From Antedon mediterranea (Eukaryota > Animalia > Echinodermata), in the NCBI RefSeq assembly GCF_964355755.1, contig NC_092671.1:19654001-19718000 (forward strand): a stretch of DNA of 64,000 nucleotides, written 5' to 3'. The position numbers and the translations under genes were made by a program. The notes under the pieces are model-generated. The model made no database searches and was not told the DNA's origin. It saw only the letters and a program-made list of their open reading frames with translations. Shown piece after piece: positions 23,630 through 35,000 of this stretch. The number at the start of each line of letters is the position of its first letter. The first letter of the stretch is position 1.

Positions 23630-26600
23630 ACGGTAGCTGCTCCAGTGGACCAAATTTAGCACTAGTGGAGCGCAGTGATATAAAATAGAAATAATAGTCA
23701 CTAATTTTAATGTTCTTTTCGTATGTTAATACACTGTGCTCAAGTGGACACAATTTTGCGCCAGTGAGGAGCACAGTGATATAAAATAGAAATAAGTCAC
23801 TGAATTTTAATATCTTTTCGTATGTTAATACACTGTGCTCCAGTGGACCCAATTTGGAGCCAGTGGAGCACAGTGATATAAAATAGAAATAAGTCACTAA
23901 TTTTAATATTCTTTTCGTATGTTAATACACTGTGCTCAAGTGGACACAATTTGGCGCCAGTGAGGAGCACAGTGATATAAAATAGAAATAAGTCACTGAA
24001 TTTTAATATCTTTTCGTATGTTAATACACTGTGCTCAAGTGGACCCAATTTGGAGCCAGGGGAGCACAGTGATATAAAATAGAAATAAGTCACTGAATTT
24101 TAATATCTTTTCGTATGTTAATACACTGTGCTCAAGTGGACCCAATTTGGCGCCAGGAGAGCACAGTGATATAAAATAGAAAGAAGTCACTGAATGTTAA
24201 TATATTTTCGTATGTTAATACACTGTGCTCAAGTGGACCTAATTTGTCGCCAGTGGAGCACAGTGATATGAAATAGAAATAAGTCACTGAATTTTAATAT
24301 CTTTTCGTATGTTAATACACTGTGCTCAAGTGGACCCAATTTGGAGCCAGGGGAGCACAGTGATATAAAATAGAAATAAAGTCACTGAATTTTAATATCT
24401 TTTCGTATGTTATTACACTGTGCTCAAGTGGACCCAATTTGGAGCTAGGGGAGCACAGTGATATAAAATAGAAATAAGTCACTGAATGTTAATATCTTTT
24501 CGTATGTTAATACACTGTGCTCAAGAAGTGGACCCAATTTGGAGCCAGTGGAGCACAGTGATAAAAAAATAGAAATAAGTCACTGAATTTTAATATCTTT
24601 TCGTATGTTAATACCCTGTGCTCAAGTGGACCCAACCCAATTTGGAGCTAGGGGAGCACAGTGATATAAAATAGAAATAAGTCACTGAATTTTACTATCT
24701 TATCGTATGTTAATAAACTGTGCTCAAGTGGACCCAATTTGGAGCCAGTGGAGCACAGTGATATAAAATAGAAATAAGTCACTAAATTTTAATATCTTTT
24801 CGTATGTTAATACACTGTGCTCAAGTGGACCTAATTTGGAGCCAGTGGAGCACAGTGATATAAAATAGAAAAAAGCCACTGAATTTTAATATCTTTTCGT
24901 TTGTTAATACACTGTGCTCAAGTGGACCCAATTTGGCGCCAGGAGAGCACAGTGATATAAAATAGAAATAAGTCATTGAATGTTAATATATTTTCGTATG
25001 TTAATACACTGTGCTCAAGTGGACCCAATTTGGAGCCAGGGGAGCACAGTGATATAAAATAGAAATAAGTCACTGAATGTTAATATCTTTTCGTATGTTA
25101 ATACACTGTGCTCAAGAAGTGGACCCAATTTGGAGCCAGTGGAGCACAGTGATAAAAAAAATAGAAATAAGTCACTGAATTTTAATATCTTTTCGTATGT
25201 TAATACACTGTGCTCAACTGGACCCAATTTGGAGCTAGTGGAGCACAGTGATATAAAATAGAAATAAGTCACTGAATTTTAATATCTTTTCGTATGTTAA
25301 TACACTGTGCTCAAGAAGTGGACCCAATATGGAACCAGTGGAGCACAGTGATATAAAATAGAAATAAGTCACTGAATTTTAATATCTTTTCGTATGTTAA
25401 TACCCTGTGCTCAAGTGGACCCAACCCAATTTGGAGCTAGGGGAGCACAGTGATATAAAATAGAAATAAGTCACTGAATTTTAATATCTTATCGTATGTT
25501 AATAAACTGTGCTCAAGTGGACCCAATTTGGAGCCAGTGGAGCACAGTGATATAAAATAGAAATAAGTCACTGAATTTTAATATCTTTTCGTATGTTAAT
25601 ACACTGTGCTCAAGTGGACCCAATTTGGAGCCAGGGGAGCACAGTGATATAAAATAGAAATAAAGTCACTGAATTTTAATATCTTTTCGTATGTTATTAC
25701 ACTGTGCTCAAGTGGACCCAATTTGGAGCTAGGGGAGCACAGTGATATAAAATAGAAATAAGTCACTGAATGTTAATATCTTTTCGTATGTTAATACACT
25801 GTGCTCAAGAAGTGGACCCAATTTGGAGCCAGTGGAGCACAGTGATAAAAAAATAGAAATAAGTCACTGAATTTTAATATCTTTTCGTATGTTAATACCC
25901 TGTGCTCAAGTGGACCCAACCCAATTTGGAGCTAGGGGAGCACAGTGATATAAAATAGAAATAAGTCACTGAATTTTACTATCTTATCGTATGTTAATAA
26001 ACTGTGCTCAAGTGGACCCAATTTGGAGCCAGTGGAGCACAGTGATATAAAATAGAAATAAGTCACTAAATTTTAATATCTTTTCGTATGTTAATACACT
26101 GTGCTCAAGTGGACCTAATTTGGAGCCAGTGGAGCACAGTGATATAAAATAGAAAAAAGCCACTGAATTTTAATATCTTTTCGTTTGTTAATACACTGTG
26201 CTCAAGTGGACCCAATTTGGCGCCAGGAGAGCACAGTGATATAAAATAGAAATAAGTCATTGAATGTTAATATATTTTCGTATGTTAATACACTGTGCTC
26301 AAGTGGACCCAATTTGGAGCCAGGGGAGCACAGTGATATAAAATAGAAATAAGTCACTGAATGTTAATATCTTTTCGTATGTTAATACACTGTGCTCAAG
26401 AAGTGGACCCAATTTGGAGCCAGTGGAGCACAGTGATAAAAAAAATAGAAATAAGTCACTGAATTTTAATATCTTTTCGTATGTTAATACACTGTGCTCA
26501 ACTGGACCCAATTTGGAGCTAGTGGAGCACAGTGATATAAAATAGAAATAAGTCACTGAATTTTAATATCTTTTCGTATGTTAATACACTGTGCTCAAGA

Positions 26601-28641
26601 AGTGGACCCAATATGGAACCAGTGGAGCACAGTGATATAAAATAGAAATAAGTCACTGAATTTTAATATCTTTTCGTATGTTAATACCCTGTGCTCAAGT
26701 GGACCCAACCCAATTTGGAGCTAGGGGAGCACAGTGATATAAAATAGAAATAAGTCACTGAATTTTAATATCTTATCGTATGTTAATAAACTGTGCTCAA
26801 GTGGACCCAATTTGGAGCCAGTGGAGCACAGTGATATAAAATAGAAATAAGTCACTAAATTTTAATATCTTTTCGTATGTTAATACACTGTGCTCAAGTG
26901 GACCCAATTTGGAGCCAGTGGAGCACAGTGATATAAAATAGAAAAAAGTCACTGAATTTTAATATCTTTTCGTTTGTTAATACACTGTGCTCAAGTGGAC
27001 CCAATTTGGCGCCAGGAGAGCACAGTGATATAAAATAGAAATAAGTCATTGAATGTTAATATATTTTCGTATGTTAATACACTGTGCTCAAGTGGACCCA
27101 ATTTGGAGCCAGGGGAGCACAGTGATATAAAATAGAAATAAGTCACTGAATGTTAATATCTTTTCGTATTGTAATATAACGATATACTTTTATATTTAAG
27201 AAATCGACCTTTGTATTGGAATTCAAATAAGTTCACAAACTTGACCCAGAAAGTCCAGAGGAGAGTTTGTCCAGATGTTTTAATGACCATTTAGTTTATA
27301 ATCGAATCCCTAAAGCTTAACTTTGTGACTGTTCCCATCGTAAAAAAATTAGATATTGACAGTTTTTAGCAGAGATTCGACAGGGCCAATTCATCATTGT
27401 AACCTCCCCAGATAAGATCAATCACTCCCACTTAAACACCCCTGGATCAACTTAGGACCAATCGTTACCCTCACAGATTACGTAGTGACATATGCAAATG
27501 AACCGAGGGCCAATATACTCACAAGTTTCAGAAGGGCCCAGACACACCTCACAGTCACTTCTTCAGAAGAACATCTACACCTTACAGCCACTTCTCCAGA
27601 AGCAGACTAACACACTTCACACCTCACCGACAGCATCACTGATCCCCTGTATCCTTATCCTAATAGTATATTGTACCGAATCATTATCGTACTGAAGTAT
27701 TATACTGAATAAACAATATATGTGTTACGACAGTTAAGCGAGTAAGAGTCTTTCATTAGTACCTCAACAACACAACACTATATTACAGTATGTTAATACA
27801 CTGTGCTCAAGAAGTGGACCCAATTTGGAGCCAGTGGAGCACAGTGATAAAAAAATAGAAATAAGTCACTGAATTTTAATATCTTTTCGTATGTTAATAC
27901 ACTGTGCTCAACTGGACCCAATTTGGAGCTAGTGGAGCACAGTGATATAAAATAGAAATAAGTCACTGAATTTTAATATCTTATCGTATGTTAATACACT
28001 GTGCTCAAGTGGACCCAATTTGGAGTCAGTGGAGCACAGTGATATAAAATAGAAATAAGTCACTAAATTTTAATATCTTTTCGTATGTTAATACACTGTG
28101 CTCAAGTGGACCCAATTTGGAGCCAGTGGAGCACAGTGATATAAAATAGAAAAAAGTCACTGAATTTTAATATCTTTTCGTATGTTAATACACTGTGCTC
28201 AAGTGGACCCAATTTGGCGCCAGGAGAGCACAGTGATATAAAATAGAAATAAGTCATTGAATGTTAATATATTTTCGTATGTTAATACACTGTGCTCAAG
28301 TGGACCCAATTTGGCGCCAGTGGAGCACAGTGATATAAAATGGAAAAAGTCACTGAATTTTAATATATTTTCGTATTTAATATATAGGCCTACACTATGC
28401 TCAAGTGGACCCGATTTGGAGCCAGGGGAGCACTGTATAAAATAGAAATAAGTCACTGAATTTTAATATATCTTTTCGTATTATGTGTTAATACACTGTG
28501 CTTACGTGGACCCAATTTGGCGCGCGCGCCCGTGAGCACACAGTGATATAAAATAGAAAAAAGTCACTAAATGTTAATATATTTTCGTATGTTAATACAC
28601 TGTGCTCAAGTGGACCCAATTTGGCACCAATGGGAGCACAG
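23630..28641. repeat. Tandem satellite array, ~97-bp unit, about 45 copies, with higher-order structure
   Basis: Unit gtatgttaatacactgtgctcaagtggacccaatttggagccagtggagcacagtgatataaaatagaaataagtcactgaattttaatatcttttc; unit starts at 23820, 23917, 24016, 24113; identical pseudo-ORFs 1284 bp apart. Confidence 0.97.
27170..27787 (+). mobile_element. Solo LTR (Gypsy-like) inserted in the satellite
   Basis: TGTAATATA...TATATTACA termini, 4-bp TSD GTAT (27166-27169 and 27788-27791), AATAAA at ~27708, 618 bp. Confidence 0.85.
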
Positions 28642-29381
28642 GGAAATAGTCACATACAAAAACATCGAGAAAAAATACTTCTGGAATTAAAAAATATTTC
28701 AAACTTGGTATATATGTTCAATATCGGTTACTCCATCCGTAAACCAAAAGAAAAAATAGTTTCAAGCCACATCAGTGATTTTAATAACTTGCGTTCGCTT
28801 AAGATAATACTTATGAAAAAACATACAATAATTCCGACACATATTATGTTAAACTGTAATAATGATTTTGACAACAACAGAAACGGTTAGGAATTCGATT
28901 TTTTCCCTGTAAATTGAGCAACTTAAATTAAATAAATACTTATGAAAGAACTTACAATTCCAACACATTTTTTTTAAACTTTAGCGATTAAAAAAAAGAC
29001 ATATGTTAAAAATATGAATTATGTAGTAACATATTGAACGTGTAGTAACCTATTGAACGTATACTATCAAATTTCAAACGTGTGGACAATTATTTTATGA
29101 CGATCAAAATTTAAAGTTTAAAAAATGTGTTGGAATTCTATGTTCTATCATAAATATACATTTTAAACGAACGAAAATTACTAAAATCACTGATGTGGCT
29201 TGAAACTTATTTTTCTTTTGCATTACGGATGGAGTAACCGATATTGAACTTATATACCAAGTTTGAAATATTGTTGAAATCCAGAAGTATTTTTTCTTGA
29301 TGTTTTTGTATGTGACTATTTCCCTGTGCTCCACTGGCGCCAAATTGGATCCATTGGAGCACAGTGTATTAACATACGAAC
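28583..29381. mobile_element. Foldback/MITE core with ~265-bp inverted arms, each ending in a satellite monomer
   Basis: 28583-28847 is an imperfect reverse complement of 29117-29381 (e.g. tcaagccacatcagtgatttt, atatcggttactccatccgtaa, gagcacagggaaatagtcacatacaaaaacatc). Confidence 0.8.
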
Positions 29382-29944
29382 ATTTCTTTTGTAAAAAAAA
29401 AATACTCTTTAATTTCAATATATATTTCTTGGTATATTTTTTATTTAAGTATATACAGTTTCGGCAAAGAATATATATTCTTTGCTTTCGGCCACAAAAT
29501 ATTTCTATGGCGCGCCATTCACGCATATATTAGACCGTGCTATTTTTTTTTTTATCGCATCTCATGCTTTGTTGTATAGTATTTTTATGACTATTACTAC
29601 ACATTACAGTGTTATCATTCTTAACGTTATTCCACTACAATTTGCATTTATTAGATTACACGCCGTGTACGTGTGATCTCGGCCGGCTCCTCTTTGGTTG
29701 CTCCGATCCCCTGTTATTTTTGATTTTTCAAAAAAGAGGGACTTTTGTATGTCGTTTAGATTGTATACTAATAACTATATCATTCGGAATTTGGGCCTAG
29801 GCCCTACTATTTTAAAAAAAATGCACCTTGCTAATGTTAATGATTGATTAATTAATTATTATTATTATTGTCCTTTCTTCTACATTAATCAATAATTTAA
29901 TGTAGGTCTAGAAACAATAAATAATATAATCATCTATCCTAAAA

Positions 29945-30104
29945 AGCTTTGTCTACACTATAAAACTAGTTTGACAAAAAAAGTATGATGTGCCCAAATA
30001 CGGTGGCGATGCCCTAACGGTAGTGATGGATATGACATTATCATGTCCATATGGGAACATGAAATTTTGTTCTCACATAAAAGTATGATAGTGTTGACAG
30101 AGCT
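29945..30104. mobile_element. Short Harbinger-like MITE
   Basis: Imperfect TIR agctttgtctacactat / atagtgttgacagagct; aaa and taa flanks. Confidence 0.65.
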
Positions 30105-30568
30105 TAAGGAGAAAAATGAATGTATGCCTACGGGCTGAGTTCTTTCTCTGAGTTATAATTCGTTGAATAATGGAATAATAATTATAATCTCACGCGTCAT
30201 AACACCCCAGAATGAGAAGATTACAGGGGTTCAAACATCGCCCAAACGGGTGTTATTTAGAGGGGAAAAAAACTCTTCTTATAACTCAAATACATATAGG
30301 CCTATTATTATTAATTATATAGTTTTATAGCTTTTCATCTGTTTAGCGGTTAAGGATGAGGACTTAATTAAAACTGTATGTTCGCACTTTGGCGCTGATG
30401 AGGTTTCCGCATCCCCGGGATGAATATTAATACAATGCAAATTTAGATAAAAACATACTGACACTCAATAAATCTGTTATGGTTTTGAGTTTTCTACACT
30501 TATGTAGGTTGGGTTGGTTTAAGCATCAAGGTGTACATTTTAACTAACGTGTATAAGATCGGAACACA

Positions 30569-31620
30569 TCTATTATTAGTCGCGTGGACGCGACTCTATA
30601 GTTCACTATGTCTGTCGGTCCGGTATCACTATGCGTTTTATCGCTTTCTGACCTTATCTTGATATCAGTTTAATCTAGCTAAGTCAATTTTTCACAGTAT
30701 ATTCCTTATGGGCCGGGCGCCAGGAAGCGATGTGGTTATGTTTTCACGGTGCGCAATAAAAAAGTACGCGGTCTACGCAAGATTTAACGAAATCACGTTT
30801 GTAATCATATCTTCACAACCATGAATCACAATAAAATAAAATTTGGTACTCATAAATTTCAGGGCATAAATAATCACATGGCAATACAATTACGTGCGTA
30901 GCGCATATAATGCATACGTACGCGCGCTTAACATTTTCAAAATTTATTTTCGATGAAATAAGAGTACATTTCAGGCAATTTTAAGCGTTTACAAAATTGC
31001 CATGAGTGCGTGCGCGTTAAATGATTGCGCACTCTTTTTGCCCGATTTCTGTTTTCTTGACTTACTTTTAAACTCGAAATTAAGTTATACGAGCACGTCA
31101 AAAGTGACAGGCTACGCACGTGTAAATTAAAAAAATATAAATGTTTTTAAACATTTCAACATTTTTAAACATCTTCAGTAATTTCGGTCAGTTGGTAGGT
31201 TGGTCGGTCGGTCGGTAAACACTAATGAGCACGCGACTGCAGCCATCTATATGGCGTTGTTATAAGTGAGAGAGTTTGTACGTCTGTTTGTCTGTTTGTT
31301 TGTTTGTTCGTTATACACATTTTTGTTACTGCACGTAACCTTATATATGGGGTACCAAAATGACCGTAATTGTACCGGGAAGGTTCTAAACTACATTTCA
31401 ACATCATCCGCCATCTAGGATCCAAGTTATGGACCAAAATGTGGTCAAAATGGCCCACTTTCGATGTTTGTTCGTTATACAAATTTCTGTTTCTGCACGT
31501 AACCATACATATAGGGTATCAAAATGATCGCAATTGTACCCGGAAGGTTCTAAACTACATTTCAAAAATTCCCTAGGAAAAAGTCTTTTTGGTTTGTGAT
31601 GTCATTTTTGCTTGAGAGCT
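30569..31620 (+). mobile_element. Non-autonomous Helitron-like element (5' part), split by the HINE
   Basis: Removing the HINE gives A|TCTATTATTATAAGTGAGAG...gtctgtttgtctgtttg (Helitron-type TC start plus microsatellite); ~100-bp internal repeats at ~31303 and ~31469; no clear 3' CTRR end. Confidence 0.5.
30576..31261 (+). mobile_element. HINE family B, long copy
   Basis: Sub-TIR agtcgcgtg / cacgcgact, (GTCG)n, 3' hairpin gccat-ctat-atggc, ttgtt end. Confidence 0.75.
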
Positions 31621-31919
31621 CGGGGTTGTGTAGGCTATCGAAATGTAAAATTATACTACAAAAGTTTTACAGTATTTGAATTATCCTCAGCAAGGCGTTT
31701 TGGGAAATAGAGATAGATAGATATACATATTTTTTAATCATTAACCAATATCACACCTATTCATTTACACATTTAGCAAAGTCCAGCTATGTATCGGTCT
31801 CTTGGATTGTCTCATTAGGCCTACAGCTCAGACATTCATTCCTGTGTGAACATAATTATATACACTTCTTTACTGTTACTGTGTTCTACTACTACATTTG
31901 AACATCATCCGCCATCCAG

Positions 31920-32080
31920 AGTGATGTATGCGTAATCACAAGATTGGGAATCGACGGACGCAACAGTGCTGCAAACATCGCAGGTTTGATTTCCCAATTG
32001 TGATTATATGCAATACAGGGGAAATACATCACTTTGCGTCGATACGTCGTTGCGTTTCGTTCTAGTGGGAACCACGCTTA
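31920..32080. mobile_element. Partial Harbinger-like MITE (same family as 59654-59807)
   Basis: Right TIR ttctagtgggaaccacgct followed by taa. Confidence 0.55.
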
Positions 32081-35000
32081 AGTAAGAAATTGGTGAATTT
32101 GGTTTTACCTGCCAAAATAACTCTTGTTTCAGTGAGAGGGTGCTACGTAAAATAAACCTACTAACTTGCTAACAGAGCTGCTGCGTCTATTCAACCTGGA
32201 CTCGCAAAACGACCCGAATGATGATGATGATCATTATTATTTTTACCACCATTGATGGTGGGTGGTTTGATGGGTGTGCATACAATCATTCTTCCATCAT
32301 AGCTAATGGACATACTGAAGACATAATATTATAATTGGTAATTATTGTAGGCCTACTAAAATAATATAAACAGCCTGGCCTTAATCTATATATTAATTTT
32401 ACTAATCTCCTCCGAAGCCAATCACCTACAACACCAATAAAAATGTAAATGAATCAAAATGAACGCACACAAACAACACGATTGTATATAATATTATTGA
32501 ACATGAAAACAACTTAACAATTCGTTTTTCCACAACAATGTGTTTTTCAATCGATTTATGTTAAGCTTGTTTATATTATCTATATGTATCAAATAATAAT
32601 TAATACACGAACAACACCCAAAATAATAGTTTGGCATTTTATACTTTCGTTAGTGTTTGCGCGCATCATTCACAGCACAATTTTTCTTTAGCGTCTTTTA
32701 TTTTCGCCAAGTCTGAACAGTCAAAAGTAAAGTATAAATTTCCATATCTAGTATTGCTTTCATTTTTTTTAGTCTACATATATTTCAAAGTGAAGGGATA
32801 TTGTATAACAAAATCAATGGCTGTAAATACAGTAGTTTTGAATTCTATTCTTTATACAACTTGTTTTTATTTTAATAATTTGTCAAAGTACTTTTGAGAG
32901 TGCGCTTTTATTATACTTGCCCATGCAAAGTATATACAAACAAGGCAGAAAAAGAACGTTTGAAATACACTTGGGATAAAGTTATAGAATAGGACCTTTA
33001 CTTAGCAACAGTTTACAGTTAAGTATAGTTAAGTAGTATACAATCTCTAGGTACGCACTTCTGAATTCTTAGACGCTTCCTTCTTGTGCCTATTATAATA
33101 ATATAATTCCATACGCGTGTGTCCATAGCAACTATAATTCAATAAAAAGACAGCTCCTTGACTACAAGCAAACAAACATTCGAGTACATTTTAACAGAGC
33201 AAGGTAAAGTTCCTACTCACGTTATTTATTTGGTATATGTGCGTTTTACTATTATTTAGTGTATTAAAATTATTGTAGTCACATATACATCATCATCATA
33301 CCACAATTGACCTTTTCGAAAAACAAATGATCTCAAATTCTAGACTGGGGTGAGATGTATGACTATATGAGGGGTTTCGTATTTACAATGTTCGCAACCC
33401 CCCACCCATACTCTGCTTGAGGAGAGGGGTTGTTTCTCTGTAGTTGGATCCATCTACAAGAAGACAGCCTTTTCACCCACGTGGTTAGTGCTAATCACGA
33501 ATAATACAGATTCAGAAGTTGAGGCATATGCTATTCATAAATTATAACTAAAAAAGATTAATATGCAAGGCCTAAGATTTCGAATTCAAGACGCATATAC
33601 AAAACAAAGATATCCGCAATACTATAATATTTAATAATGAATGGGCCAATATTTATTAGTGACAGTAACTTAAAAAAGCAGCCATAAGCACATTGAATGA
33701 TTCATCTATTTTGTCGTCTTATAAATCTTAAAATAGCAATATCTGCTAAATAATGGATTCTAAAATAAACCCCGGTATCCAATCATATCTCTATTATATC
33801 AAAAGGTCTTATTTATATATCACAATTACCATACAATACTGTACGATTTGCTCGTCATTGTACAATGTAGATAGGGCGAAAGCCAAAATATGTCACATTA
33901 AATGGATACACTGCCATAAGAACATTACAAACTAGTTTTAATTAGCAAAATAAATATGTACACAAGAAAGTGAAACCAAATCGAATTTAACCGATTTAAA
34001 AGAATACTCACTTGATGAATTGGACCAAATTTGTTTCACTAATACAAGCACTAAAATATTTATGATATAGAATTAAATATGTTTTAAATAATTACTATAC
34101 TAACCAGAAACAGTATATAGCTTTCATTAATTATGCATAAACATTCACAGTACCACGGTATGGTTCGATCGAGCTAATGAAACCGATCCTTAAAACTAAA
34201 ATGACCACAAAGTCATAAAATTCATAAAATTGAAATAATTTACATCGCCTAATATCATTAGTGTTAATACAGTATTTTAATCGTTTATAAATTCGTTCAA
34301 TCTTTTCATAAATATAATAAGTTATTTTTTATATTGTATTATGCCAATCAACTATAGTGATATTACATCATCCAGGTAGGCCCTAATCATTGAGGTAGAA
34401 AATAAATAGTAATTCAAGGATATTCATGGAATACAGAACACAACATGGAATACTACAAAACAAAATCATCCGTGGTGAGCAAGCAGCGAGCGCGTGTCAG
34501 TCCTGCATCGCCGGATAAGTGTCGGATTTTTGAAACGCAAAATTTCATTCTGTATTACTACTGTACAATAAAATACGTCAGTGGCTATTTATATCGAAAA
34601 CATTATGTTAGAAAAACCCATCGATAGTTAGAATTTATTTTAATTTTAACTATGCCTAAACTGATTTTGGTCGAAAAAAAAATATTTGCACATTTTGTAG
34701 AATTTCGTTTCCACATTGTTTTTACATTTAACGGCGTGATGTTTGCACACATTAGTGGGTTATGAATTTGTACAGATTTGCACATTTAAAGATGCAGTGT
34801 TTGCACAAATGTGGATATTTACACATTTGAGGGCAAAATGTTTGCAAAAATGTGGTTGTTTGCACAAAATGGGACATTTTGCACATTTCACGGCCGAACA
34901 CCCTATTTTGGGACACCCCTACTATTCAGATTCCTAGGGGGATACTTCATCGAACAAAATGAGGGGCAATATGTTAATAGTTAAACCAACCCCCAAGAGG

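Noticed and set aside
23630-28641. CRISPR-like array of regularly spaced palindromic repeats
   Set aside because: The intervening sequence is also repeated, so there are no unique spacers. There are no cas genes and the context is eukaryotic. It is a satellite.
23628-29533. ORFs such as MTYFYFISLCS...
   Set aside because: They are translations of satellite monomers and inverted arms, interrupted by frequent stops.
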